Source: Escherichia phage vB_EcoM-pEK20
Reading direction: 5' to 3' (one strand)
Sequence record: MZ868638.1
DNA: 64,000 nt
Positions 44,024-53,108 of the stretch are shown one piece after another. Under the pieces are notes generated by a model. That model was given only the letters and a program-made list of their open reading frames with translations, ran no database searches and was not told the DNA's origin. The position numbers and the translations under genes were made by a program. The stretch's first letter is position 1. Each line of letters begins with the position of its first letter.

Positions 44024-44386
44024 ATGAAAGCATATCAAATTCTTGAAGGTGAACATAAAGGCACTATTTATTTTGAAGACGGTACTCAAGCCCGGATTAT
44101 TGTCTCTAAGACTTTTAAAGAAGACACTATTGTAGACCCGGAAATTTTCTACGGTTTGAATGCTCGTGAAATTGAAATTGAACATCAACCTAAAGTTAAA
44201 ATTGAAGGTGGTCAACACCTGAACGTTAACGTTCTGCGTCGCGAAACTCTGGAAGATGCAGTTAAGCATCCAGAAAAATATCCGCAGCTGACCATCCGTG
44301 TATCCGGTTATGCAGTTCGCTTTAACTCTCTGACTCCGGAACAGCAGCGCGACGTTATCGCTCGTACCTTTACCGAGAGTCTATAA
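44024..44386 (+). CDS. autonomous glycyl radical cofactor (GrcA/YfiD-like, T4 Y06I-like)
   Basis: C-terminal [29 protein letters not shown] glycyl-radical motif; C-terminal half appears identical to remembered E. coli GrcA. Confidence 0.85.
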   Translation: MKAYQILEGEHKGTIYFEDGTQARIIVSKTFKEDTIVDPEIFYGLNAREIEIEHQPKVKIEGGQHLNVNVLRRETLEDAVKHPEKYPQLTIRVSGYAVRFNSLTPEQQRDVIARTFTESL

Positions 44387-44610
44387 TGGCTAAATTGATT
44401 ATAGAAGGGTCTGAAGATGTTTTAAAATGTTTTGCCGCCTGGTTTAGTTGCCCAGGCGAGCAATCATTCATTGAAGCATTTAGAACGGGTGATATTACTG
44501 GAAACTATCCGACAACTGATATCACTGTACGTGGATATGGTATTAATGAGCCTATCCAATTGGTCGAATATGACCTTGCCACCGATGAGGAAATTCCTTA
44601 TGTCGATTGA
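44386..44610 (+). CDS. hypothetical small protein (74 aa)
   Basis: ORF with ATGG overlap. Confidence 0.55.
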   Translation: MAKLIIEGSEDVLKCFAAWFSCPGEQSFIEAFRTGDITGNYPTTDITVRGYGINEPIQLVEYDLATDEEIPYVD

Positions 44611-44845
44611 AGACATCAAAGGCTACAAGCCGCATACCGATGATAAAATCGGTAAAGTGAACGCTATTAAAGATGCCGAAGTTCGTTTAGGACTTATTCT
44701 AGACGCCCTGGCAGAAGAAGCATTATCAGCAAATACTCCTGAAGCTCTGACGGCTTTGTCCCAATTGAACTGTGCTAAAGAACGCCTAAAGGAAGCTAGT
44801 ATGTGGGCTTGTCGTGCGGTATTTCAACCAGAGGAAAAATACTAA
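44600..44845 (+). CDS. hypothetical small protein (81 aa)
   Basis: ATG at 44600 overlapping the upstream stop; the track ORF is extended upstream in the same frame. Confidence 0.5.
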   Translation: MSIEDIKGYKPHTDDKIGKVNAIKDAEVRLGLILDALAEEALSANTPEALTALSQLNCAKERLKEASMWACRAVFQPEEKY

Positions 44846-45144
44846 TGGCTCAAATCCTATCAGGCTTTGGAACTCATTATGAAGCATCTCGACGCATAAC
44901 TGAAAGCAATCCTTTTGGCCTTGTTCCGAAGCACAAGAAAATTCAAAGCCTTGATGACTTTGAGAATCGCCTATGGGCCCTCTTTAATGAGTACAAGGCA
45001 TATCTGAAAGAAGACGCTGACGATTGTCTTGAAGAAGATGAGATTGCGTATTACGAACAACGCCTTGAACAGCTCAAGAACTTCCACCAGGTTCGTGACG
45101 AAGTATCTAAAGCAGTTAAAAAGTTAATTCCTTTCAAAGAGTAG
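44845..45144 (+). CDS. hypothetical protein (99 aa)
   Basis: ATG at 44845 (TAATG overlap) after GAGGAAAAA. Confidence 0.55.
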   Translation: MAQILSGFGTHYEASRRITESNPFGLVPKHKKIQSLDDFENRLWALFNEYKAYLKEDADDCLEEDEIAYYEQRLEQLKNFHQVRDEVSKAVKKLIPFKE

Positions 45145-45172
45145 TTTACTTCTCCTCTAGTTGTGTTACTAT
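45144..45172 (+). promoter_or_regulatory. early promoter upstream of regB
   Basis: GTTTAC-N17-TACTAT; CTCTAGTTG in the spacer pairs with CAACTAGAG covering the regB Shine-Dalgarno. Confidence 0.6.
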
Positions 45173-45200
45173 AGACCTGTCAACTAGAGGAGAAATCAAA

Positions 45201-45659
45201 ATGACTATCAATTCAGACGTTTTTATCCGCCGCAATAAACTCCGTCGAATCTTTGAAACGGAGTTCCGCAAAATAAATGCCAGTATAAAAGATGCTGCAA
45301 AGTCTCTTGGACTACCGGGCTTTCATATCAAGTATTCTCAACATCTCTTAGATCGTGCCATCCAGAGAGAAATAGATGAGAATTACGTTTTTGAATTATT
45401 TCATAAAGTAAAAAATCATGTTAAAGAAGTTGCAGAATTTTTATCAATGCCGGCACGTCCAGATGTTGATGAAGATTTTGTCGAAGGTGTCGAATATCGC
45501 CCAGGCCGTTTAGAAATAACTGATGGAAATCTTTGGTTAGGACTTACAGTTTGTCGCGAAAATCCAGCATTCAAAATGAAGACTCTTCAATGCAGAATGG
45601 CTATTATTAACAATAAACGACTACCAGGAAAAGCTTCTAAAGCAGTGATTAAAATCTAG
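45201..45659 (+). CDS. regB: RegB sequence-specific endoribonuclease
   Basis: MTINSDVFIRRNKLRRIFETEFRKIN...YSQHLLDRAIQREIDENYVFELFHK; near-identical to remembered T4 RegB. Confidence 0.9.
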   Translation: MTINSDVFIRRNKLRRIFETEFRKINASIKDAAKSLGLPGFHIKYSQHLLDRAIQREIDENYVFELFHKVKNHVKEVAEFLSMPARPDVDEDFVEGVEYRPGRLEITDGNLWLGLTVCRENPAFKMKTLQCRMAIINNKRLPGKASKAVIKI

Positions 45660-45667
45660 AGGTAAAC

Positions 45668-46210
45668 ATGAGAAAAGCACTACTCGCTGGTCTATTTGCT
45701 CTTTCATTATCAGCACATAGCTCCGAGCATACTTTTAGTAATGTCCAACTCGATAACTTGAATTATGCTTATCAGTTTGGGGAACAGTTTTCTAAGGATG
45801 GAAAATTTAAAACGCATGAAAATATGCATAAGAAAGGACTTGGATACATAATGGCCGCAATACTATGGCAGGAATCATCTGCCGGTATTAATCTTAAAGA
45901 TAAGAAAGGTCACCATGCGTATGGAATGTTCCAAAATTATCTACCAACAATGAGGGCAAGAATTAACCAACTTGGTTATAATATGACTGATGCCCAAATT
46001 AAGAAAATGCTATCTAAGCGGTCTAATTCAGCCAGATGGGCTTATATAGAATTTTCTTATTGGTTAAATATACATAACGGGGATATAAGGAAAGCCTTAT
46101 CCTCATATAATGCGGGATGGAAGACAAGTGCTGGAAGTAAATATGCTTCTGAAGTCCTAGAAAAGGCTAATTACCTTAAATCAAATAAACTACTGGAAAT
46201 AAAAGAATGA
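45668..46210 (+). CDS. exported protein with lytic-transglycosylase-like motif
   Basis: Signal peptide MRKALLAGLFALSLSAHS; E-S...GMFQ motif (WQESSAG...AYGMFQNY) resembling the SLT catalytic region. Confidence 0.6.
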   Translation: MRKALLAGLFALSLSAHSSEHTFSNVQLDNLNYAYQFGEQFSKDGKFKTHENMHKKGLGYIMAAILWQESSAGINLKDKKGHHAYGMFQNYLPTMRARINQLGYNMTDAQIKKMLSKRSNSARWAYIEFSYWLNIHNGDIRKALSSYNAGWKTSAGSKYASEVLEKANYLKSNKLLEIKE

Positions 46211-46554
46211 CCAAAATGTTGGCTTTAATAGTTGGCTTGGTTTCATTTAACGCTCTTGCTAATACTACATATACTGATGTAACGGAGTATACAAACAGAA
46301 CGGCGTCTGATTATTGTGGTAAAAGTCAAGAGTGTAAAGTAGATTTTTCACAAAAATTGTTATATGCGTATAAAGACGGAGAAAAAGACGGGGCGTCTAG
46401 TAGGTTCAAGGCGTCTACTTTAATTAAAAGATACTATAAAAAATGGCAAATATTAGAATGCTCGGTGGCGGAACCTAAAGATAAGGCGGCATGCAATTCT
46501 ATGGTGGACCGTCTAGTTGACTCTTATACTAGAGGACTTGTAGCAAGTGATTAA
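46207..46554 (+). CDS. exported Cys-containing protein (115 aa)
   Basis: Signal peptide MTKMLALIVGLVSFNALA; four Cys. Confidence 0.55.
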   Translation: MTKMLALIVGLVSFNALANTTYTDVTEYTNRTASDYCGKSQECKVDFSQKLLYAYKDGEKDGASSRFKASTLIKRYYKKWQILECSVAEPKDKAACNSMVDRLVDSYTRGLVASD

Positions 46555-47014
46555 AAACTATATCAAGGGCGATATTGTCGCCCTGTTTTCTAAAGGTAAT
46601 AATATTGCTCATGGGTGCAATTGTTTTCATACAATGGGCGCCGGTGTAGCAGGTCAATTGGCAAAGGCTTATCCAAAAATTTTAGAAGCCGATAAACTTC
46701 AAACCGAATTCGGAGATGAGTCTAAACTCGGGACTTATTCGGTTTATGAAAAATATTTTAAGACCCATAAAGCTTATTGCTTTAATCTTTATACACAGTT
46801 TGAGCCGGGACCTAATTTTGAGTACTATGCTTTAATGAATTGTATAATAGAATTAAATGAATTCGGAAAAAATAAGATAACAAAGCCTGTAATTTATATG
46901 CCAAGAATTGGTGCAGGTATAGGTGGTGGAAACTGGGATATCATTGAAGAAATTCTTGATACATATTCCACTAAACTAGAAATTGTGATTGTTGATTGGG
47001 AACCATTATTATGA
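46547..47014 (+). CDS. macro domain protein (ADP-ribose binding/processing fold)
   Basis: Motifs GDIVALF...NIAHGCNC...GAGVAGQLAKAYP and PRIGAGIGGG judged typical of macro domains; apparent GTG start. Confidence 0.6.
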   Translation: MIKNYIKGDIVALFSKGNNIAHGCNCFHTMGAGVAGQLAKAYPKILEADKLQTEFGDESKLGTYSVYEKYFKTHKAYCFNLYTQFEPGPNFEYYALMNCIIELNEFGKNKITKPVIYMPRIGAGIGGGNWDIIEEILDTYSTKLEIVIVDWEPLL

Positions 47015-47223
47015 ATGTGCATTACCCACATCCGTTTGATCCTAAAAATAAAGCAGTAATTATTCGTCAATGGGAACGCATTTGTCGTACTAAATGTCCA
47101 ATTAATAGTCCACATGATGTAGATAAAGACTACATCGGAACATTCGTTGAATATACCTTTATTGATAAGAAAGGTCGTAAACAACATGTAGAAGAATATT
47201 GCTTAAAGGTTACATGGTTATGA
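47011..47223 (+). CDS. hypothetical small protein (70 aa), Cys/His-containing
   Basis: ATG at 47011. Confidence 0.5.
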   Translation: MNVHYPHPFDPKNKAVIIRQWERICRTKCPINSPHDVDKDYIGTFVEYTFIDKKGRKQHVEEYCLKVTWL

Positions 47224-47405
47224 GTTTAAGTAAAGAACAAAAAGACATACTATTTTCTCTTATTCACGAAGTTATGGATAAAAATAGTGAATTGGAAAAA
47301 GTTTGCGATGAATGCGGTCCTTTTAATACCGACGAATACGAAGAACTGTGTAAAGATTTCGACGATAAAGAACAAGAACTTATTGATTATATAAATTCCT
47401 TATGA
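47214..47405 (+). CDS. small acidic protein, family member
   Basis: MSLSKEQKDILFSLIHEV...; paralogous to 47402, 48830 and 49391 ORFs. Confidence 0.5.
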   Translation: MVMSLSKEQKDILFSLIHEVMDKNSELEKVCDECGPFNTDEYEELCKDFDDKEQELIDYINSL

Positions 47406-47599
47406 TTACTCGCGAACAAAAGAATGAAATACGATTTTTAATCAGCGAAATTATTAGTTTAGAACGAGATTTATCTTTTGAATTGGCTTCGGATTATGGA
47501 GATGCTGAAACATACTACGAATTAGTAAAATCTATCGATAAAGCTGAAAATGATTTAGAAACATATTTAGAAAATTTAACTAAGGACTCTTATGGCTAG
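47402..47599 (+). CDS. small acidic protein, family member
   Basis: MITREQKNEIRFLISEII... Confidence 0.55.
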   Translation: MITREQKNEIRFLISEIISLERDLSFELASDYGDAETYYELVKSIDKAENDLETYLENLTKDSYG

Positions 47600-48173
47600 T
47601 TTAATTTTTACATATGCCGCTATGAACGCTGGTAAGTCTGCTTCATTACTTACTGCCGCTCATAACTATAAAGAACGTGGCATGGGTGTATTAGTTCTTA
47701 AACCGGCTATTGATACTCGCGATTCAAAAGGTGAAATAGTCTCTCGTATTGGTATTCGTCAGGACGCCAATATAATTACAAAAGACATGGATATCTTTGA
47801 ATTCTATAAATGGGCTGCAGCACAAAAGGATATTCATTGTGTATTTGTTGACGAAGCTCAATTCTTAACTACTGAAAAGGTGTATCAACTTAGTCGTATT
47901 GTTGACGTATACAATGTGCCGGTAATGGCATATGGACTACGAACAGATTTTAAAGGTAATCTATTTGAAGGTTCTCAAGCATTAATGGCTATTGCCGATA
48001 AGCTTGTTGAACTTAAAGGTGTCTGTCATTGTGGTAAAAAGACCACAATGGTAGCTAGAGTCACGGAAGACGGACTTCCAATTATAGATGGCAGTCAAAT
48101 TGAAATTGGTGATACTGATAGATATGTGTCATTATGCCGGAAGCATTGGAATGATTTGACAGGGTTGTTATAA
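47592..48173 (+). CDS. tk: thymidine kinase
   Basis: P-loop AAMNAGKS; zinc-binding CHCGKK...C; near-identical to T4 Tk. Confidence 0.93.
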   Translation: MASLIFTYAAMNAGKSASLLTAAHNYKERGMGVLVLKPAIDTRDSKGEIVSRIGIRQDANIITKDMDIFEFYKWAAAQKDIHCVFVDEAQFLTTEKVYQLSRIVDVYNVPVMAYGLRTDFKGNLFEGSQALMAIADKLVELKGVCHCGKKTTMVARVTEDGLPIIDGSQIEIGDTDRYVSLCRKHWNDLTGLL

Positions 48174-48200
48174 ATACTAATATCTAACCAAGAGGTATAT

Positions 48201-48413
48201 ATGCAGCAATTAAACGAAAGACAACTTCGTAATCTTACTGTAACCCAATTGGATGAAATCCGAAGAGAATTAGGACATTCTATTTCTCATTTAAACGAGG
48301 ATATCCGTCAAACTGGTTCTAAAGCTGATTATACACGCAAGCGCAAGCTGGAAAAATACCTCACAGATGTTAAGGCCGTCCAAAGGCGAAAAATAAATAC
48401 TGGCCAAAATTAA
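48201..48413 (+). CDS. hypothetical protein (70 aa) between tk and rI
   Basis: ORF after AGAGG; position of T4 rI.1. Confidence 0.55.
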   Translation: MQQLNERQLRNLTVTQLDEIRRELGHSISHLNEDIRQTGSKADYTRKRKLEKYLTDVKAVQRRKINTGQN

Positions 48414-48425
48414 CAGGAGGCCTAT

Positions 48426-48728
48426 ATGGCCTTAAGAGCGATAGCTGTCATAGCGATGCTGGGGTTTTTTGCAGCAACAACTCCTATCGTTGGTACTGCA
48501 CATATCGACCCATATTTTGATAACTTTATGGAATCAGGGATTAAAAACGTATATACTTTGTTTGAAATTCAAAATGTCGAGAATTCTGAAAAATTCTATA
48601 AGTATATGGCAAAGCATTACAAAAATAGCCCCTGTGATGATGCATTTGAATGTCATGAACAAGGCATAAAAACCGCCAGACAATTTGCCGAGTTCATGAA
48701 AATAAAATTAGAGCCTACATCTATCTAA
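48426..48728 (+). CDS. rI: lysis inhibition antiholin RI
   Basis: MALRAIAVIAMLGFFAATTPIVGTAHIDPYFDNFMESGIKNVY... matches remembered T4 RI (signal-anchor, conserved Cys). Confidence 0.85.
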   Translation: MALRAIAVIAMLGFFAATTPIVGTAHIDPYFDNFMESGIKNVYTLFEIQNVENSEKFYKYMAKHYKNSPCDDAFECHEQGIKTARQFAEFMKIKLEPTSI

Positions 48729-48734
48729 TTTACT

Positions 48735-48762
48735 AGCCCCTTCCTTATGGTTGGGGCTTTTT
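48735..48762 (+). terminator. rho-independent terminator after rI
   Basis: AGCCCC-loop-GGGGCT followed by TTTTT; near-duplicate of the 32610 terminator. Confidence 0.8.
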
Positions 48763-48773
48763 GGCATTTAGCA

Positions 48774-48802
48774 GTTTACTTCTCCTCAGGTTGTGTTATA
48801 GT
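48774..48802 (+). promoter_or_regulatory. early promoter GTTTAC-N17-TATAGT
   Basis: TCTCCTC in the spacer pairs with GAGGAGA at the downstream Shine-Dalgarno. Confidence 0.55.
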
Positions 48803-48829
48803 AGTCCTTACTTACTAGAGGAGAACGTT

Positions 48830-49009
48830 ATGACACGTAAAGAAAAAATTTCTAAGTTAATGTTTTTGATTGAAGAGTACGCTAATGCGGTATCTGATTG
48901 GGAAAATGCTCATGGTTGCGAAGATGGAGACATCGACATTAACAGAGCTATGAAAAAGATGGCTGAAGCCCACACCGAATTGCAAATGTATGTTAACGAG
49001 ATTATGTGA
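48830..49009 (+). CDS. small acidic protein, family member
   Basis: MTRKEKISKLMFLIEEY...; ATG at 48830 after GAGGAG. Confidence 0.55.
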   Translation: MTRKEKISKLMFLIEEYANAVSDWENAHGCEDGDIDINRAMKKMAEAHTELQMYVNEIM

Positions 49010-49016
49010 GGATATT

Positions 49017-49226
49017 ATGCTTTACGATTATACTGGAAAATCTGAAGACGGTGTACTTGAACTTTTACCTGAAAGCGCTGAAGATGACGATATGACGACG
49101 GTGATGTTTTGTAAAAATGGCCCTGGGGATAAGGGATGGATTTATCTTCGTCAAGAAAATGACTTAATTGTTTTGGACCCTAAACAAGTTGAAGAACTTT
49201 ATCAACATTTAAAACACAATCGGTAG
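49017..49226 (+). CDS. hypothetical small acidic protein (69 aa)
   Basis: ATG at 49017. Confidence 0.5.
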   Translation: MLYDYTGKSEDGVLELLPESAEDDDMTTVMFCKNGPGDKGWIYLRQENDLIVLDPKQVEELYQHLKHNR

Positions 49227-49255
49227 TTTACGTCTTGGTAGGACTATGATATAGT
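49226..49255 (+). promoter_or_regulatory. early promoter with palindrome TTGGTAGGACTA...TAATCCTACCAA
   Basis: GTTTAC-N18-TATAGT. Confidence 0.6.
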
Positions 49256-49283
49256 AATCCTACCAAAACAAATGGAGAACAAA

Positions 49284-49394
49284 ATGAAACTTTTGCTTAT
49301 CGCTTATGTTGTAGTACAATACAATTATCCGATGTTTACTTATAACATGGTAAACGGCATAGTGAATCTTATTGAAACGAGTATGGTAAAATGA
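49284..49394 (+). CDS. possible small hydrophobic peptide (36 aa)
   Basis: ATG after GGAG; below the ORF-track size cutoff; weak. Confidence 0.3.
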   Translation: MKLLLIAYVVVQYNYPMFTYNMVNGIVNLIETSMVK

Positions 49395-49570
49395 CCCGTG
49401 AACAAGCTAATAAATTGATGGACCTTATCCGTGACTTACGTGAAGCCGATTCAGATTTGAATGATGTAGCTTATCATGCGGTAAATGATAACGAAGACTT
49501 TTATGAAAATCAGGTTGATGCTTGCCAGAATGCTTTGGTGAATTTTGTTGAAACTTTAATTGGTGAATAA
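49391..49570 (+). CDS. small acidic protein, family member
   Basis: MTREQANKLMDLIRDLREADSD...; below the ORF-track cutoff but N-terminus matches the 47402 and 48830 paralogs. Confidence 0.5.
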   Translation: MTREQANKLMDLIRDLREADSDLNDVAYHAVNDNEDFYENQVDACQNALVNFVETLIGE

Positions 49571-49571
49571 T

Positions 49572-50105
49572 ATGAAAACTGTAATTGAAACAACCGAGTT
49601 GTTTGGTGATTTATGTATCGAAAAACGTGGTTATGTGTATGTTCTGACACAAGAAGATGATGCTGCTACTATTCTTCCTATGGAACTGGACAAGATTTTG
49701 AAACTCAATCCGTCTGGACGTCGTCGAGAGGTAATTAACATTGGTAAAGACCTCCAAGTTCGTTTTTATCCTGGTCTTTACAATGTGGCTAATATCGAAA
49801 CTGAAGACGAATGTTTTTCTATTAATAATTGGAAAACATTCGTCACTAAGGTGAAAGAATTAATGGAATCTGAAACAGCCAAAAAGGCCAAACTTCAATG
49901 GGCTAAATGCCGTAATGCTTTTATTACAAATCAGGACCGCCCTGACTATACAACAGTCCTAGGCGTTAATCCTTCTTATGAAGATGGTGATGTCGTAGTT
50001 ATTCGTCAAATTGATGACCTTCGTCAACATATCGTTACATTAGACAAAGATGAAGCAGTTGCTCTTAAAGCTTATCTTGATTCTATTATCCCGACTTTGA
50101 AATAA
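49572..50105 (+). CDS. hypothetical protein (177 aa)
   Basis: ATG at 49572. Confidence 0.6.
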   Translation: MKTVIETTELFGDLCIEKRGYVYVLTQEDDAATILPMELDKILKLNPSGRRREVINIGKDLQVRFYPGLYNVANIETEDECFSINNWKTFVTKVKELMESETAKKAKLQWAKCRNAFITNQDRPDYTTVLGVNPSYEDGDVVVIRQIDDLRQHIVTLDKDEAVALKAYLDSIIPTLK

Positions 50106-50114
50106 GGAATTATT

Positions 50115-50588
50115 ATGATTATCAATGAAAACTCTTGGCACTTTAAAATTTATGCCGCGTTCAATAGTACATGGAATCGCCCGAAAACGTTGTGTGCTTA
50201 TTTTTGGAAAACGTTAATCCCGGTATTGGCTGTTTCAATTATTGGATTTGCGATTTTAGCAGCAGTCGTAATCATTGGCCAGGAAATTTTAACTAAATTC
50301 TTTGTTTTTAGCAGTCTATGGACATTAGTTCCAGCCTCAATTGGCGTAGGCATTTTAATGGTAGCAGTCATGGCTTTTATTGCTACCGGGTTGGTAATTG
50401 GCCCGTCTTGGCTGTTAGACAAATATAACGACAGAAAATATTATAAAGAAATTGAGCTCATTGCGCAAAACCAAGAACGAATTAAAAATGGACTAGAGCC
50501 TATTGAACGTAAGAAATCATTAATAGGTGAATACCTTAAAGCTCGTAAAGAAAAAATCTGTCCTACTCTTGAATATAAGGCTAAATGA
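50115..50588 (+). CDS. membrane protein (157 aa)
   Basis: Two or three hydrophobic helices (LIPVLAVSIIGFAILAAVVII, LVPASIGVGILMVAVMAFIATGLVIG). Confidence 0.6.
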   Translation: MIINENSWHFKIYAAFNSTWNRPKTLCAYFWKTLIPVLAVSIIGFAILAAVVIIGQEILTKFFVFSSLWTLVPASIGVGILMVAVMAFIATGLVIGPSWLLDKYNDRKYYKEIELIAQNQERIKNGLEPIERKKSLIGEYLKARKEKICPTLEYKAK

Positions 50589-51574
50589 TGAAAACGATTG
50601 TTAAGGCTTACTTTGGTAGCCATCTTTATGGAACGTCTACTCCTGAATCTGACATCGATTTTAAAGAAATTTATGTCCCTCATGCTCGTGATATCTTGAC
50701 CGGTAACGTTAAAGAACACATGAGCAAGAACACGAATAACACATCTTCTAAGAACACAAAAGACGACGTGGACCATGAGTTGTATAGTCTCAAATATTTC
50801 TTTAAACTAGCTGCAGATGGCGAAACCGTCGCATTAGATATGCTTCACACTCCACCAAGTTTAGTAGTTAAATCTGATTTGCCTGATGTATGGAAGTATA
50901 TTCAAGATAACAGGTCTCGTTTCTATACCACTAACATGAAATCTTATTTAGGGTATGTCCGTAAGCAAGCTTCTAAATACGGTGTCAAGGGTTCTCGACT
51001 GGCTGTTCTTCGTCAAGCCCTTAAACGTTCTAATGAATGGGGACAATACTTTGATAATGGTGCAGTAATTCGTTTATCACATATGAAGAATGTTCTGCCT
51101 GTAGGTGAATTTGCTTCGTGGATTGAAACTGAAAACGAGAAAACAGGTAAGCAAACATTCTATAATCTGTTAGACCGTAAATTCCAAGACACGTTAACCA
51201 ATAAAGAGTTCAATGCCATCCTGGTTAAACTGGAAGAGAACTATGGTGAACGTGCTCGTAAGGCAGAAGCTAACGAAGGTATTGATTGGAAAGCATTGAG
51301 TCATGCATGTCGTGGTGGACTTCAACTATTAGAAATTTATAAAACCGGCGACCTGGTTTACCCACTTCAGGATGCTCCATTTATTCTCGATGTTAAGCTC
51401 GGTAAACATACGTTTAAAACTGTACAAGAATTCCTAGAAGATATCGTCGACCAAGTTGAACATGCGTCAGAACAAGCTGCCAAGAACGGTATGCAACAAA
51501 AAGTAGATATGAGTTTCTGGGATGATTTCCTTGAACAAGTCTATCTCGAAAATCATAATTCTTACTATAAATAA
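50585..51574 (+). CDS. nucleotidyltransferase-fold protein (Pol-beta superfamily signature)
   Basis: N-terminal GS-x3-GT-x4-SDIDF (YFGSHLYGTSTPESDIDFKEIYV), the classic hG[GS]...[DE]h[DE]h NTase motif. Confidence 0.65.
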   Translation: MMKTIVKAYFGSHLYGTSTPESDIDFKEIYVPHARDILTGNVKEHMSKNTNNTSSKNTKDDVDHELYSLKYFFKLAADGETVALDMLHTPPSLVVKSDLPDVWKYIQDNRSRFYTTNMKSYLGYVRKQASKYGVKGSRLAVLRQALKRSNEWGQYFDNGAVIRLSHMKNVLPVGEFASWIETENEKTGKQTFYNLLDRKFQDTLTNKEFNAILVKLEENYGERARKAEANEGIDWKALSHACRGGLQLLEIYKTGDLVYPLQDAPFILDVKLGKHTFKTVQEFLEDIVDQVEHASEQAAKNGMQQKVDMSFWDDFLEQVYLENHNSYYK

Positions 51575-51605
51575 GTAGATAAATAACCATTAACTTGAGG
51601 TAAAT

Positions 51606-51872
51606 ATGAAAAAATTAGTAATTGGTTTATTCGCAGTAATGATGGCATTCTCTGTTGGTGCTACCACGGGTGCAGGAGCTGGTGGTAACCAGTCTTCTGG
51701 GCCTTCTAATGGTTCGGTAAATGCATCACATTCTCAGGGTATTGAGAACATTAGATCAAGCTATATTAATAGCACCGCCGGACAAGCAACTGAAGCATGG
51801 TCAAAGGGCCGAGTAGTTACTCGCTCCGTATTCTGTGATATGCCTAATTATGTTGCTAAGTGCGATAAGTAA
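51606..51872 (+). CDS. exported Gly/Ser-rich small protein (88 aa)
   Basis: Signal peptide MKKLVIGLFAVMMAFSVGA; two C-terminal Cys. Confidence 0.6.
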   Translation: MKKLVIGLFAVMMAFSVGATTGAGAGGNQSSGPSNGSVNASHSQGIENIRSSYINSTAGQATEAWSKGRVVTRSVFCDMPNYVAKCDK

Positions 51873-51877
51873 ATGTG

Positions 51878-51893
51878 GGGACCTTCGGGTCCC
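51878..51893 (+). other. UUCG-tetraloop hairpin (GGGACC-UUCG-GGUCCC) followed by UUUAGGGGGU
   Basis: Perfect 6-bp stem right after the stop at 51872; same GGGGAC/UUCG/UAGGGGGU pattern as at 33313. Confidence 0.55.
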
Positions 51894-51922
51894 TTTAGGG
51901 GGTTAAAATATTTAAAAAAGTG

Positions 51923-51953
51923 GTGTACATGCTTTTAGGATATGTTATTATAG
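51923..51953 (+). promoter_or_regulatory. early promoter (GTGTAC -35 variant, TATTAT/TTATAG -10)
   Basis: Pattern shared with the other early promoters; TAGACCTATC element. Confidence 0.5.
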
Positions 51954-51989
51954 ACCTATCGAAACGAAATGAGTAAATTGGAGAATAAA

Positions 51990-52970
51990 ATGTTCAACGT
52001 TCAAATCAAAAAAGGTATCTATCGTAATAACGAAATCTCTGGTTCTTATGTTGCCACAAAGACCTGGTTCCCGGCAAAGCTTAATCCTGAATGTTCCCAC
52101 TTAGGTGATGGTAAAATTTTCGTTATGATTGATGGTTCTGAACGTGGAGTATGGGTCTTCAAATCAGACATCGTAATGGAAGGAGTTGAGACGTCACCAG
52201 TTGCAGTTGTTGAAAGCACTGAAGATATGAAAACTCGTATCAACAAACGCTTTAAAGTAATGAACATGATGACGAATGGCATTATCGATGGCAAAATTCG
52301 TTCACTCATTATTTCAGGTGCAGCCGGTATTGGTAAGACGTATTCTCTGGATAAAGCACTTAATAATGCTAATGATAACGGTTTCATCAAATACAAAAGC
52401 ATTAATGGTAAAATCTCCGGTATTGGCCTTTACGAACAACTTTGGCTCAACCGTGATGCGGACAGCGTTCTCTTAATCGACGACGTTGACGTATTCTCGG
52501 ATATGGACATCTTGAACCTTCTTAAAGCAGCATTAGATACCGGAGATAAACGCAAAGTTTGCTGGAGCACTGCGTCATCTTATCTCGATGATAAGGGTAT
52601 TGATAAAGAATTTGAGTTTGAAGGTACTATCGTTTTCATTACAAACGTTGATATCGATAAAGAGTTAGAACGCGGTTCGAAACTTGCCCCACACCTTCAA
52701 GCTTTAGTATCTCGTTCAGTGTATCTCGACCTTGGAGTACACTCTAATGAAGAGATTATGGTTCGAGTTGAAGATGTAATATTATCTACTGACATGATGC
52801 AGAAACGTGGTCTGACAGATGCAGAAACGTATAAAGCATTGTCCTGGATGAAGGCTAACGTATCTCGTCTTCGCAATGTATCATTACGTACGGCTCTTTA
52901 CGTAGCAGATTTTATTTCAACTGATAAAGATGGTTGGGAGGAAATCTCTGAAGTAACTTTACTGAAATAA
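51990..52970 (+). CDS. AAA+ ATPase-like protein (326 aa)
   Basis: Walker A GAAGIGKT and Walker B VLLIDDVD; ATG at 51990 after GGAG. Confidence 0.65.
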   Translation: MFNVQIKKGIYRNNEISGSYVATKTWFPAKLNPECSHLGDGKIFVMIDGSERGVWVFKSDIVMEGVETSPVAVVESTEDMKTRINKRFKVMNMMTNGIIDGKIRSLIISGAAGIGKTYSLDKALNNANDNGFIKYKSINGKISGIGLYEQLWLNRDADSVLLIDDVDVFSDMDILNLLKAALDTGDKRKVCWSTASSYLDDKGIDKEFEFEGTIVFITNVDIDKELERGSKLAPHLQALVSRSVYLDLGVHSNEEIMVRVEDVILSTDMMQKRGLTDAETYKALSWMKANVSRLRNVSLRTALYVADFISTDKDGWEEISEVTLLK

Positions 52971-53108
52971 GCTTATAGGAAGTTCTGAGGTAACAAAAGC
53001 CATAAAGATGAATAATCATATGGCTTACCTCAAAGAAGGACACCAGGAACCTACTGAGGGCATAGAAATATTTAAAAATAATGATGTACAAATCAAAGAG
53101 GATATGTT

